This document shows, in pieces, positions 47,822-58,164 of a stretch of DNA of 64,000 bases; position 1 is the stretch's first letter, and each line of letters begins with the position of its first letter. The notes beneath the pieces are model-generated. The model worked only from the letters and a program-made list of their open reading frames with translations, was not told where the DNA came from and did not search any database. The position numbers were made by a program, and so were the translations under genes. Origin of the DNA: Deltaproteobacteria bacterium RIFCSPHIGHO2_02_FULL_44_16 (lineage in GTDB: Bacteria; UBA10199; 2-02-FULL-44-16); contig MGRM01000012.1 of assembly GCA_001798185.1 (NCBI GenBank), forward strand, positions 88,120 through 152,119. Reading direction: 5' to 3'.

Positions 47822-49057
47822 TCAAAGGGCGAGTTCACCGCGCATGACGACAATGACATCAGCACCACCTAAGAACTGATCAAAGAGTTCGTTGCCAGTG
47901 GGATGCGAAGAAAGCGTTGTCTCCAAATGAAGAGCGATTTCACCGTGATCATAAGGTTCAATGGTTTTCAATGTAAGTTTCTCAATCACGATATCGACAA
48001 TGGCCGCCATTCCCACCGTAACCTGATCGACCGGCACTTCACCAAGCACCACGCGAATACGAAACGCAACATTGGAAAGTTCCAAACGCGAACCATCGAA
48101 CGTTCCTTCAGCCACTTCTCCTGGCGCTCCTGAAATAATAAGTGTCGCCGTAACACCTGACGGAAGTTGAGAAATTTCCTGACTTCGCAAATACATCACG
48201 ACCGGTGGAAACTCGTCCATACGAAGCGTTGCAGCAGTTCCAGAAATCGAAAGACGAACAGGACCGGTCAGTTCCAAATCTTTTGGGCCGTCGGGAATCA
48301 GTCCCGGAATATCGAGCGCAAATCCACCCGTGTAACATGCCGTCCCATCACCTGGACTGCATTCACCAGGAACGACACCACTCTCTTCTTCTCCTCGCGG
48401 CCCTGGAAGGGCCTTCCCGACAAGCTGCACAAAAACAATCCCCTCGCGCGGAAAATCGTACACCAATTGCACAATCGCCCTCTGCAGGGCTCCGCCCTTT
48501 TCTATGCCTTCGTTTGTTGCTTCCTCGAGAGGCTGAGGTTGCCATCTTTCCGGAACACCTGTTTCCCAACCACCGTAATTTGCGAGTGACGTTTCTAAAT
48601 TAAGAGGAGAATAGGTGAATTGTAATTTCAGAATACTTCCCGGTGGAACAACAATATCTTGAGGAGAAACAATTTGATCTCCAACCATAATGGAGTCGAG
48701 ATGAAAATGACCTGCGGCATTACTGACCGCATCAAATTTCACGAGCCGGAGATGCTGCTCTTCTGTGGTACTCGGATTTCCAATCGTGATCGTTGTTTTT
48801 TTGGATTCCGTAATACGTGTTTCACCGAATTCCTGCAGACGCATATCCGCAAACTGCCCACCACTGCCGCTGCAAGAATTTAAGACCAGAGGGCAAAGAA
48901 CAAAAACGAGAGAGTAGAAAGTTAAGCACCAAACTGGTGAAGATTTTTGAGAAATGTGAGCCAGTTTGGTTTCCTTGAAACTAAAAAATGTTGAGTTCAT
49001 GGTCATAGGCCTAATCTTTGAGTCAAGTCTTGCCAAGACACACTGCATCAGCTGCAC
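47822..49057 (-). CDS. Hypothetical beta-rich lipoprotein
   Basis: Hydrophobic stretch followed by LNSC; true start probably downstream of 49057. Confidence 0.7.
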   Translation of the reverse strand: MQLMQCVLARLDSKIRPMTMNSTFFSFKETKLAHISQKSSPVWCLTFYSLVFVLCPLVLNSCSGSGGQFADMRLQEFGETRITESKKTTITIGNPSTTEEQHLRLVKFDAVSNAAGHFHLDSIMVGDQIVSPQDIVVPPGSILKLQFTYSPLNLETSLANYGGWETGVPERWQPQPLEEATNEGIEKGGALQRAIVQLVYDFPREGIVFVQLVGKALPGPRGEEESGVVPGECSPGDGTACYTGGFALDIPGLIPDGPKDLELTGPVRLSISGTAATLRMDEFPPVVMYLRSQEISQLPSGVTATLIISGAPGEVAEGTFDGSRLELSNVAFRIRVVLGEVPVDQVTVGMAAIVDIVIEKLTLKTIEPYDHGEIALHLETTLSSHPTGNELFDQFLGGADVIVVMRGELAL

Positions 49058-49065
49058 TGTGTCAC

Positions 49066-49092
49066 TTATCGCTGGATTTTATGAAAGGTTGC
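49066..49092 (-). promoter_or_regulatory. Putative alternative-sigma promoter GCAAC-N16-CGATAA
   Basis: Exact motif. Confidence 0.55.
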
Positions 49093-49094
49093 GG

Positions 49095-49136
49095 CTTTTT
49101 ACCTGTTCCATAATATGCGGGGCGTCGGTGAGGGGG
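49095..49136. repeat. 42-bp direct repeat, copy of the purF 3' end
   Basis: CTTTTTACCTGTTCCATAATATGCGGGGCGTCGGTGAGGGGG is identical to 50920-50961. Confidence 0.92.
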
Positions 49137-49180
49137 CACGTTATGAATTGGTGTAAGGGCCGAGAAGGGATTTATTAACC

Positions 49181-49774
49181 TCAAACTCTCATAGCATCGT
49201 AAAGCGCATTTTTTTCAGCAGAAGTTAGCTTTCTTCCGAGATCATATAGGGTATATTGATATCCGTTATCGCTCAATTGTTGAACCCAGCCTGCTTTAAG
49301 GATACCTACGAAAATTCTGGATGGTAGCTCATGCACACAGGTTGAAGTTGAAACAAGAACTGCGTCTTTGATGCCCAGCATCTTGCTCGCATCTACAGTG
49401 AGCCATGAGGGAGTAATGACCTGTGTTGGCTTCCGTATTGCTGACATACTTTTAGTAGCTTGTTCACGAAGTCTTTCATGGAGTTGTCCGCTTGTTTCAC
49501 CCGGTTTCTGTAATATTTGTTGTGTTCTTGTAAAAATTAACCTTTCAAACTGAAGTGGTCTTATATTTTTGTCCACCGGAAAACCTGATCGAAAAACACC
49601 GTTTGAGTCCCATCCAGTGGGTAAATGTTCTAAATTTGGTTGTGGGGGCGAGGAGGCTCCAGCATCTCCATCAAAATGCGGAGGGATGCTCGTTGAAGCA
49701 TCGGGCTGACCTGCGCCTTTGATAGCTGGTTTTCCCGGGTCTACTAGTGGCGGTCCTGCCATAAAACCTCCCAT
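49181..49774 (-). CDS. Orphan protein with a Pro-rich N-terminus
   Basis: 197-aa ORF; likely start MAGPP at 49762 after GGAGG. Confidence 0.65.
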   Translation of the reverse strand: MGGFMAGPPLVDPGKPAIKGAGQPDASTSIPPHFDGDAGASSPPQPNLEHLPTGWDSNGVFRSGFPVDKNIRPLQFERLIFTRTQQILQKPGETSGQLHERLREQATKSMSAIRKPTQVITPSWLTVDASKMLGIKDAVLVSTSTCVHELPSRIFVGILKAGWVQQLSDNGYQYTLYDLGRKLTSAEKNALYDAMRV

Positions 49775-49804
49775 TTAGGGCCTGTTTCCTTTAAAGAGGA
49801 GGAT

Positions 49805-50836
49805 TTAAAGCGATGCGACGCGCGTGTTAACAGGACCTTCCGAAAGATCGGGAAGCTCGCCCCTTTGATCGAGAGCATCGAGAGTCTCAGCTATGTCCAT
49901 CGCGATGGCATCGAGAATGCTGTGATCTTCAATGGTAGTAACCCACCTTCCATTCTCAATCCATTCTGTGTCCTTATGGAGACGTTCATGCGCAAAGACT
50001 CGCCAGATGTGCTTGCTGATCCAACGAGGGTCACGAGGATCTCGTCCCATTCGCTTGATCGCGGCAGTGAAAAATTCATGAGGTTCATGAAGAGCATTGA
50101 TGAATTCAGTATCGACAAAGATTGCCGTTTTTCCCTCACCAATCGAAACGGTCGAGGCCAAGATATGCTGATTTGGGTGTTGTGGGTCCTTCGGGAAAGC
50201 ATCATTTATTCGCCCTTTGACAACCACATATCTCTGATCCGTGCTCACCATTCGTCGATACAGGTTGCTCCACTCATTATCCGTAAGACCCGTCTCTCTG
50301 CCCGAGAGCTTTATTTCTGAGGCGATAAAATCGTGTATATACTTTGCGACCTCGGGCACAGTGAAGAGACGAGAGACAATTCTATTTCTCCGCATCAGCC
50401 AACGATGCTCCGAAGGCGTAGGATCTCGATATGAAATCACTTGTCCTTCAGCCACAAGGCTATAGGGATAAACTTCTGCAGATTCTGCTAATGCTTGAGT
50501 TTGATTCGACAATGATACTGCGCTGCCTGTTTCAATGATGGGTTGACTTTGAGTTGGTTCTGGTTGAACGGGATCTGTTTTGACTGGTTTTTTCTCAGAA
50601 AAAAAGATCCTCTGACCTACAGATATAAGATTGGGATTGAAGATCGTATTGATCGCCGTGAGACGTTGAACTTCACCCCAAATCTGTTTTGCCGTAAAAG
50701 TGGTTGAATCGGTGGTCTCTTGAAGATGTTTTTTAGCAATACCCCAAAGGGTATCGCCCCTATCGACATCTTTATAGGAACCTTCTTTTGTTTCTGCCCT
50801 CTTTGGACGGCAGGGGGAAAGGCCTTTGATCGCCAT
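49805..50836 (-). CDS. LysM-domain protein with a C-terminal HExxH motif
   Basis: VDRGDTLWGIA..NPNLISVGQRI; VFAHERLH. Confidence 0.75.
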   Translation of the reverse strand: MAIKGLSPCRPKRAETKEGSYKDVDRGDTLWGIAKKHLQETTDSTTFTAKQIWGEVQRLTAINTIFNPNLISVGQRIFFSEKKPVKTDPVQPEPTQSQPIIETGSAVSLSNQTQALAESAEVYPYSLVAEGQVISYRDPTPSEHRWLMRRNRIVSRLFTVPEVAKYIHDFIASEIKLSGRETGLTDNEWSNLYRRMVSTDQRYVVVKGRINDAFPKDPQHPNQHILASTVSIGEGKTAIFVDTEFINALHEPHEFFTAAIKRMGRDPRDPRWISKHIWRVFAHERLHKDTEWIENGRWVTTIEDHSILDAIAMDIAETLDALDQRGELPDLSEGPVNTRVASL

Positions 50837-50880
50837 AAGGTCGCTCCGTTAATTCCCACTCCCCCGACATCTCGTATGGA

Positions 50881-50908
50881 TTATCGGCCGATGGCCCCAA
50901 AAGGTTGC
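50881..50908 (-). promoter_or_regulatory. Putative alternative-sigma promoter GCAAC-N17-CGATAA
   Basis: The -10 element reads GCCGATAA, identical to the sigma-28 consensus. Confidence 0.6.
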
Positions 50909-50909
50909 G

Positions 50910-52295
50910 TCAATTTTTACTTTTTACCTGTTCCATAATATGCGGGGCGTCGGTGAGGGGGACGGGATAGTTTCCGGTAAAGCAGGCATCGCAAAACCAT
51001 TCGCGCGATTCGAGCTTGTTGAACCAATAGAGCCCTTCGTGGGAAAGATAGCCAAGAGAATCGGCCGTGATAAACGCACGAATCTGTTCGATCGATTGAT
51101 TCGCTGCAATGAGTTCTTCGCGCGTCGGAAGATCAATACCATAAAAACAGGGCCAGGTAATGGGTGGACTGGAAACACGCATGTGGACTTCTTTGGCTCC
51201 TGCAGCGCGAATCATCTTGATGATTTTCATCGATGTGGTTCCACGAACAATCGAATCATCCACAACCACAACACGTTTTCCTTGAAGCACTTCTTTGACT
51301 GGATTGAGTTTTACGCGAACACCAAAATGACGAATCTCATTTTTCGGTTCAATAAACGTTCGACCGACATAATGATTTCGAATCAGTCCCATTTCATACG
51401 GAAGACCGGATTCCTGCGCATACCCAATCGCCGCAGGGACACCTGAGTCCGGAACGGGAATCACGACATCGGCATCGACCGGATGTTCACGCGCCAGTTG
51501 CTGACCAAATCCTTTTCGAATCGGATAAACATCGCGACCAAAAATGTGACTGTCAGGTCGCGCGAAATAGATGTACTCAAAAATACAGTGCGCTTTTTTT
51601 GGTTCTGAAGGAAATGGTTTGAACGACTGCAGCCCTTTTTTATCAAAGGTGACGATTTCTCCTGGCTCCACTTCGCGTAAGAATGTTGCATCCATCAGAT
51701 CGAGCGCACACGGTTCAGAAACAACGACAAAGGCATCAGCCAGTTTTCCAATCACCAGCGGACGAAAACCTCGAGGATCACGAGCAGCAATGAGCATATC
51801 CTTTGAAAGAAAAACCAGGGAGTAGGCCCCTTCTACTTTTATGAGTGAACGCGCAATGCGATCAACTAAAGTTCCTTCGCGTTCGCGCGCAATCAGATGC
51901 ATAATCACTTCAGTATCCATGGTGGACTGAAAAACAGCTCCCTCTTTTTCGAGCATTTCTTTCAAATAGAGTGCATTGGTCAGATTTCCGTTATGGGAAA
52001 TCGCGAGCGCTTCCCGCGCTCCCCCTGCAGCAAAAGGTTGTGCATTTTCGATCGTTGAAGATCCTGTGGTGGAATATCGCACATGACCAAGCGCAGCATT
52101 TCCACGAAGCGAAGCAATCACATCGTTTGTAAAAATATCGAGCGCCTCTCCCATCGCTTTATGTCGATAAAAAGTTTCATTCGAAACAGAAATAATCCCA
52201 GCGCTCTCTTGTCCACGATGCTGCTGTGCACAGAGCGCAAGATACGCCAGATTCGCTGCTTCATTATGATTCCAAACTCCAACCACACCGCACAT
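50910..52295 (-). CDS. purF: Amidophosphoribosyltransferase
   Basis: [32 protein letters not shown]. Confidence 0.98.
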   Translation of the reverse strand: MCGVVGVWNHNEAANLAYLALCAQQHRGQESAGIISVSNETFYRHKAMGEALDIFTNDVIASLRGNAALGHVRYSTTGSSTIENAQPFAAGGAREALAISHNGNLTNALYLKEMLEKEGAVFQSTMDTEVIMHLIAREREGTLVDRIARSLIKVEGAYSLVFLSKDMLIAARDPRGFRPLVIGKLADAFVVVSEPCALDLMDATFLREVEPGEIVTFDKKGLQSFKPFPSEPKKAHCIFEYIYFARPDSHIFGRDVYPIRKGFGQQLAREHPVDADVVIPVPDSGVPAAIGYAQESGLPYEMGLIRNHYVGRTFIEPKNEIRHFGVRVKLNPVKEVLQGKRVVVVDDSIVRGTTSMKIIKMIRAAGAKEVHMRVSSPPITWPCFYGIDLPTREELIAANQSIEQIRAFITADSLGYLSHEGLYWFNKLESREWFCDACFTGNYPVPLTDAPHIMEQVKSKN

Positions 52296-52322
52296 AGAAT
52301 AAATCCTTTAGTTAGGGTCTGA

Positions 52323-52482
52323 TGTCATCGCGAGCCAAAAGGGCGTGGCGATCTGACCGAAGGTCATCCTGAGGCAAAGCCGAAGGATCTCCCGGAGATC
52401 CCTCGCTTTCGCTCGGGACGACACTTTGTGTCGGATTGCTTCGTCGTCCCCCAAGATTCGTGGGGGACTCCTCGCAATGACA
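52323..52482. repeat. Composite palindromic element (family C nested in family B)
   Basis: Outer TGTCATCGCGAG...CTCGCAATGACA; inner GTCATCCTGAG...GGGACGAC. Confidence 0.85.
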
Positions 52483-52504
52483 TACAGATCTTTGCAAACA
52501 TACC

Positions 52505-54718
52505 TTAAGAAAACATTTTCCCAAACGCATCTTTCCACACATTATAGAGTTCCACTAAATCCGTATGAATCCATTGATTGATGGAGAGCGAACGACCTCC
52601 AACCTGTCCAATCACCGTAGCCTTCACTCCCTCTTCTTTGGCAATCGTTAAAAATGTTTCCACCATATTTGGACTTACCGAAATAACAATTCGCGAAGCA
52701 GCTTCACCAAAAAGGATCGCATCCGCTCTTATTTCCTCAGCGATTTCAACCTTTACACCAAGAAGTCCTGTGGGGCGTGCGAACGAACATTCCGCCAAAC
52801 AGATCGCAAGTCCTCCCTCCGAAACATCATGCGCTGATTTTATAAATCCTCGTTTGATGCCGAGACGACATATTTTCTGCACCCCCACTTCCTGACGCAA
52901 ATCCAAATGAGGTGGAAGACCTGCGGTCTTTCCATGCATCACGGAGAGATATTCACTCCCTCCAAATTCCGCAGTATTCGCTCCAAAAAGGATAATGATA
53001 TCTCCTTCATCTTTCCACCAAGGCGTTGCATGTTTTTCAACATCATCCAAAAGACCGACCATCGCAATGGTTGGCGTGGGATTGATCGCTTTTCCTTTGG
53101 TCTCATTATAGAGACTGACATTTCCGCTGATCACAGGTGTTTCAAGCGCGCGACACGCATCTGAAATCCCACGCACCGCTTGCTCAAACTGCCACATGAT
53201 TTCCGGTTTTTCCGGATTTCCAAAATTGAGACAATCGGTAATTGCCAAAGGTGTTGCGCCAACACAGGAAAGATTTCGAGCTGCTTCAGCAACTGCTAAC
53301 GCCGCGCCGGTGTAAGGGTTCAAAAGACAGTAACGACTGTTACAATCGCTTGTGAGCGCAATCGCTTTTTTTGTTCCCTTGATTCGAATGAGCGCAGCAT
53401 CAGCTCCGGGACCGATGACGGTGTTCGTCATGACCGTATGATCGTATTGTTCCCAGACCCATCCTTTGTAACTCAGGTTTGGCGAAGAGATGAGTTTTAA
53501 GAGTACGTGATTAAAATCACGAGGAACAGGAAGCGCATCGACATCAAGTGTATTGAACATTTTCTGTGTTTCGGGTTCTTTGCGCGGGCGATCATACAGC
53601 GGTGCTTCGTCTGAAATGGGTGCAACCGGCATATCGACCACAAGCTTTTCATGATGATAAATCTGCACCCGACCCATATCGGTCACTTCACCCACAACTG
53701 CCATATCGATGTCCCACTTTTTGCAAATGGCTTCGACCACTTCTTCTTTTCCTTTTTGCGCGACAAGCAGCATTCGCTCTTGAGATTCAGAAAGCATAAT
53801 TTCATACGCTGTCATCCCCTCTTCGCGCTGTGGAACATGATCTAAATTCAGTTTCATCCCCATCGCTGCGCGACTTGCCATCTCAAAGGAGGAGCATGTA
53901 AGACCTGCTGCTCCCATATCTTGAATTCCGATAATCGCATCGGTCTGCATCAGTTCCAAACAGGCTTCAAGCAAAAGCTTCTCCATAAAGGGATCGCCGA
54001 CTTGAACTGTCGGACGACTCTCGTCAGTATTTTCATCAAATTCATCAGACGCCATCGTTGCTCCATGGATTCCATCTCGTCCTGTTTTGGAGCCAATATA
54101 AATAACGGGATTTCCAAGGCCTGCAGCCTTCCCTTTAAAGATTTTATTCGATGCAAGAAGACCGACGGTAAAAGCATTCACCAAAATATTTTGATCGTAA
54201 CACTCATCAAACGAAACTTCTCCACCCACAGTGGGGATCCCCATTGTGTTTCCATAACCGCCAATGCCTGCAACCACACCCTTTACGAGCTGTTTGGTTT
54301 TGGGATGATCAGGTTTTCCAAAACGAAGACTGTTAAGATTTGCAATCGGGCGAGCCCCCATCGTGAAGATATCGCGCAAGATTCCACCAACACCGGTCGC
54401 AGCCCCCTGATACGGTTCTATATATGAAGGATGATTGTGACTCTCCATCTTGAAACAGACAGCGAGTCCATCTCCGATATCAACAATCCCAGCGTTCTCT
54501 CCAGGACCTTGCAGGACACGAGGACCACTTGTCGGAAATTTTTTTAAGTGTATGCGCGAACTTTTATACGAACAATGTTCAGACCACATGACCGAACAGA
54601 TACCGAGTTCAGTAAAATTCGGTTCGCGTCCGAGAAGCGAGCAGAGATGCGCATACTCTTCTGGTGTCAGACCATGCTGATCAATAAGCTCAGGTGTTAT
54701 CTGTGTTGCTTGTTCCAT
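52505..54718 (-). CDS. purL: FGAM synthase subunit PurL
   Basis: [37 protein letters not shown]. Confidence 0.98.
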   Translation of the reverse strand: MEQATQITPELIDQHGLTPEEYAHLCSLLGREPNFTELGICSVMWSEHCSYKSSRIHLKKFPTSGPRVLQGPGENAGIVDIGDGLAVCFKMESHNHPSYIEPYQGAATGVGGILRDIFTMGARPIANLNSLRFGKPDHPKTKQLVKGVVAGIGGYGNTMGIPTVGGEVSFDECYDQNILVNAFTVGLLASNKIFKGKAAGLGNPVIYIGSKTGRDGIHGATMASDEFDENTDESRPTVQVGDPFMEKLLLEACLELMQTDAIIGIQDMGAAGLTCSSFEMASRAAMGMKLNLDHVPQREEGMTAYEIMLSESQERMLLVAQKGKEEVVEAICKKWDIDMAVVGEVTDMGRVQIYHHEKLVVDMPVAPISDEAPLYDRPRKEPETQKMFNTLDVDALPVPRDFNHVLLKLISSPNLSYKGWVWEQYDHTVMTNTVIGPGADAALIRIKGTKKAIALTSDCNSRYCLLNPYTGAALAVAEAARNLSCVGATPLAITDCLNFGNPEKPEIMWQFEQAVRGISDACRALETPVISGNVSLYNETKGKAINPTPTIAMVGLLDDVEKHATPWWKDEGDIIILFGANTAEFGGSEYLSVMHGKTAGLPPHLDLRQEVGVQKICRLGIKRGFIKSAHDVSEGGLAICLAECSFARPTGLLGVKVEIAEEIRADAILFGEAASRIVISVSPNMVETFLTIAKEEGVKATVIGQVGGRSLSINQWIHTDLVELYNVWKDAFGKMFS

Positions 54719-55395
54719 TGTAAAAGCGACTCCCAAATTTTAAATCCATCTCTATTCCCTAACATTTCTTCTGAGCATCGCTCAGGATGCGGCATCAAAC
54801 CAAAAACATTCTTGGTTTCATTACAAATCCCTGCAATTGATTCCACAGAACCATTCGGATTCGCATCATCATCAAGGTCACCGGATGCTGTGGCATAGCG
54901 AAGAATAATTTGGTTATTTTGTTTCAGTTTTTCCAAGCCTCGCGGTTCAAGAAAAAAACTTCCATCCATATGCGCAATCGGAATTTTTAAGACTTCATTT
55001 CGACGATTGGAAAAAGTAAACGGTGTTTCATTATTTTCAACGCGTACAAAAAGATCCTTACAAATAAATGAAAGAGATTTATTGCGCATGAGCGCACCTG
55101 GAAGAAGACGAGCCTCTTGCAAAATTTGAAATCCATTACAGATGCCAAAGACTAAACCACCACTTGCCGCATAATCGCGAACCGATTTCATAATGGGAGC
55201 GCATGCCGCCATAGCACCTGAGCGAAGATAGTCGCCATAGGAAAAGCCACCCGGAAGGACTACGCAGTCGACACCTTGAAGATAGGTTTCTTTATGCCAC
55301 AAAAAAATCGCTTCTTCGCCGAGCACGTTGGTAATCACGTGATGACAGTCGTGATCGCAATTACTTCCTGGAAAAATGACGATACCAAATTTCAT
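54697..55395 (-). CDS. purQ: FGAM synthase glutaminase subunit
   Basis: [30 protein letters not shown]. Confidence 0.97.
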   Translation of the reverse strand: MKFGIVIFPGSNCDHDCHHVITNVLGEEAIFLWHKETYLQGVDCVVLPGGFSYGDYLRSGAMAACAPIMKSVRDYAASGGLVFGICNGFQILQEARLLPGALMRNKSLSFICKDLFVRVENNETPFTFSNRRNEVLKIPIAHMDGSFFLEPRGLEKLKQNNQIILRYATASGDLDDDANPNGSVESIAGICNETKNVFGLMPHPERCSEEMLGNRDGFKIWESLLQWNKQHR

Positions 55396-55404
55396 ATTAC
55401 TCCA

Positions 55405-55559
55405 AATTCAAAACGTCTCTCGGAGGCAACCTCTCACTACGGCAAAAATCCTCACACGCCAGATTTTTGCCTGCGCTTCAGCCTGCTGGGTATTGAGGCT
55501 TCGTTTCCAGCGTCTGAAGACGCCGCTCGAGGCTCGCCTCCTTCGGCCGTTTTTAAATT
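55405..55559. repeat. ~155-bp structured repeat, copy 2
   Basis: Shares its core with 9995-10150; fills the purS-purQ gap. Confidence 0.85.
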
Positions 55560-55800
55560 AATTCTCAAATTCAACTCGATAACTTTCAATCACGGTGTTT
55601 GCTAAAAGTTTTTCACACATCTCTTTAAGTTTGATTTCTGCAGCATCACGATTTGTTTCATTCAGCTTCACTTCAAGATATTTTCCGACTCGAACTCCGG
55701 CGACCTCTTTATATCCCATGGAAGAGAGTGCATGTTGTACGGTCTCTCCTTGCGGATCGTGGACACCTTTTTTTAATGTCACATAAATTTTCGCTAACAT
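55558..55800 (-). CDS. purS: FGAM synthase subunit PurS
   Basis: DPQG, VRVGKY, LLANTVIE. Confidence 0.96.
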   Translation of the reverse strand: MLAKIYVTLKKGVHDPQGETVQHALSSMGYKEVAGVRVGKYLEVKLNETNRDAAEIKLKEMCEKLLANTVIESYRVEFEN

Positions 55801-55825
55801 AATAACTCCTATCCCAAACTGATTT

Positions 55826-55911
55826 TGTCATCCCTGCGAAGGCAGGGATCCAGAAGCTTGTCCCCACGAAGGTGGGGATTTCACTGGATTCCCGCCTACG
55901 CGAGAATGACA
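55826..55911. repeat. Palindromic element (family A, three hairpins)
   Basis: TGTCATCCCTGCGAAGGCAGGGATCC..TCCCCACGAAGGTGGGGA..GGATTCCCGCCTACGCGAGAATGACA. Confidence 0.9.
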
Positions 55912-55914
55912 TAG

Positions 55915-57210
55915 TTATTCTTTAAACACCCTCTTAAAAATCGTATCAATGTGTTTCAAATATTGTTTCAAATCAAAAATTTCATCGAGCTCTTTTTCAG
56001 AAAGATTTTTTTGAATCTGTTTCTCAGCAGCAATGAGATCGTAAAAATGCTTTCCTGTTTTCCATGACTCCATCGCACAAGATTGCACAATTTTATAAGC
56101 CTCTTCGCGTGTCATGCCAGCACGCACCAGATCAAGCAACAAACTTTGGGATGCATACAATCCGCGCGATGATTCTAAATTTGCTGCCATGCGTTCTGGA
56201 AAGACATCCAAGTTGGCCACAACATTTTTCATACGAGCAAGCATAAAATCGACCAGAATCGTCGCATCTGGAGCTATCACACGTTCGACAGACGAGTGAG
56301 AAATATCGCGCTCATGCCAGAGAGCGACATTTTCAAGTGCTGCTTGCGCGTAACTTCTTACAAGCCGTGCAAGTCCCGTCACATTTTCGGAAAGAATGGG
56401 ATTTCGTTTATGCGGCATGGCGCTCGAACCTTTTTGACCTTTGCCAAAACTCTCGGCAACTTCAAAAACTTCGGTCCGTTGCAAATGACGAATCTCGGTT
56501 GAAATTTTTTCAAGTGAGGCTGCAATCCCTGCCAACACAGAAAAGAAAAAGGCGTGACGATCACGTTGAACCACTTGCGTTGAAACCGGCTCAGCTCTGA
56601 TACCGAGCTCATGACACACTTCTTCTTCGAGATCAGGTGAAAGATGAACAAACGTTCCTACAGCTCCAGAAATTTTCCCAACCGCAATATCATTACACGC
56701 AAACGTAAAACGATGTTGGTGACGAAGAAATTCTTCGTACCAAAGTGCACATTTGAGTCCAAACGTAATGGGCTCAGCATGCATGCCGTGTGATCTTCCG
56801 ATCATCGGAGTGTCTTTATAGGTGTGGGCTTGTATTTTGAGAACAGTTAAAAATTCTGTAATATCGTTCTGAATCAACGCAGATGCTCTTTTGAGTTGAA
56901 GCGCAAATGCGGTATCAACTAAATCAGATGAAGTCATTCCCAGGTGAATGAATCGCGAATCGGGTCCTACTTTTTCCGCAACGCTCGTCAAAAAAGCGAT
57001 CACATCATGTTTCACTTCTTCTTCAATAACAGGAATCCGTTCAAGGTCATAGGATGCTTTTGTTTCGATCACCTTCAAACTTGCAGCAGGAATTTCTCCA
57101 CGCTTTGCCCAAGCGCGGCAGACTGCAAGTTCGACCTGAAGCCAAAGATCATACTTCGTTTTTTGACTCCAAACACTTCCCATCTCTTTTCTGGTATATC
57201 GTTCAATCAT
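55915..57210 (-). CDS. purB: Adenylosuccinate lyase
   Basis: HDVIAF, GMTSSD, GSSAMPHKRNP, WHERDISHSS. Confidence 0.98.
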   Translation of the reverse strand: MIERYTRKEMGSVWSQKTKYDLWLQVELAVCRAWAKRGEIPAASLKVIETKASYDLERIPVIEEEVKHDVIAFLTSVAEKVGPDSRFIHLGMTSSDLVDTAFALQLKRASALIQNDITEFLTVLKIQAHTYKDTPMIGRSHGMHAEPITFGLKCALWYEEFLRHQHRFTFACNDIAVGKISGAVGTFVHLSPDLEEEVCHELGIRAEPVSTQVVQRDRHAFFFSVLAGIAASLEKISTEIRHLQRTEVFEVAESFGKGQKGSSAMPHKRNPILSENVTGLARLVRSYAQAALENVALWHERDISHSSVERVIAPDATILVDFMLARMKNVVANLDVFPERMAANLESSRGLYASQSLLLDLVRAGMTREEAYKIVQSCAMESWKTGKHFYDLIAAEKQIQKNLSEKELDEIFDLKQYLKHIDTIFKRVFKE

Positions 57211-57357
57211 GGTTTATCCTTGAAAAACGTAAAGGGCCCAAGGTGATTTAAAACCTAAGGCCCCCCGAACAACCTATTGAAATGAAAGAAGTTAACTGCT
57301 ATCACCAAGACGTCGATTGTATAGCGGAGCGATCACACACTTGCAAGGCAAACTTTC

Positions 57358-58164
57358 ATGAAACTTTTTTTCTCCATATTATTTTTTTCTTTTTTTCTGA
57401 CCTTTTCTTCTCCAAGGACATCAGCTCAAACACCTTTGGACAACACAGAAGATATCCTTGAAGAAGAGATTCTTCCATCAGACGACCAAAAGAAACCGGT
57501 GAACGAAGATGAAGAGATCGAAGAAGAATTTCAAGAAGATGAGCCTCCGTTGGAAGATGCTCTTCCTGAATCCCCTTCACAGAGATCAGACACAGAAAGC
57601 GCAAACAATATTCTTTTGGTCGGCATTGATGGAGTGGTGACGTTAAGTTATGTTTTTGAAAATTCTCCTGAAAGCTTTGAAATTAAATATCGAATTCACC
57701 TTAAAGGAGAAACAGCAGCGGATACTGCGGTCATCAATGGCGATGCTGAAATCATTGCTGATGTTCAAGGCATGCTTGCGACGTGGCCCGGGGGTGAATG
57801 CAAACTGGAAATCCAAATTCCACAAGTTTCCTTTGAACTCGTGTATAAAAAAACTGGTGAAGAAGCAGCAGTGGTAAATCTTCGCTTTAAGGGAAACATT
57901 CTCGAACAGTGGCAATCAAAATGTTCGTTCAAAGATGGTGGACCCAATTTCGAAACTTCCGGTCCACCTGAAAAGTGGCTCACCGAAGCGTTGCAACTTG
58001 CCTCCCCTCCGTTGACCTCCATCGCTCTTAAATTTGACGATGATAAATCAGCATCAACCACCTTTCAAATTCGCCAAAAAACTTTTAATGACCCGCCTAT
58101 CGGGAGCGCTCAGATTGAAGGGACTGGAATCGTAACGGTAAAACCGAAGAATGCGGAAGAATAA
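57358..58164 (+). CDS. Exported hypothetical protein with an acidic N-terminal tract
   Basis: Signal peptide followed by an E/D-rich segment and a beta-rich domain. Confidence 0.7.
   Translation: MKLFFSILFFSFFLTFSSPRTSAQTPLDNTEDILEEEILPSDDQKKPVNEDEEIEEEFQEDEPPLEDALPESPSQRSDTESANNILLVGIDGVVTLSYVFENSPESFEIKYRIHLKGETAADTAVINGDAEIIADVQGMLATWPGGECKLEIQIPQVSFELVYKKTGEEAAVVNLRFKGNILEQWQSKCSFKDGGPNFETSGPPEKWLTEALQLASPPLTSIALKFDDDKSASTTFQIRQKTFNDPPIGSAQIEGTGIVTVKPKNAEE

Noticed and set aside
30316..55912. Short ORFs such as 30316-30597, 52308-52538, 52312-52542 and 55709-55912
   Set aside because: They are translations of palindromic elements ([26 protein letters not shown]) and overlap real genes or intergenic repeats
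57234..57265. Hairpin upstream of purB as a purine-type riboswitch
   Set aside because: Only a single short imperfect stem; I could not recognise purine, ZTP or PRPP riboswitch consensus features
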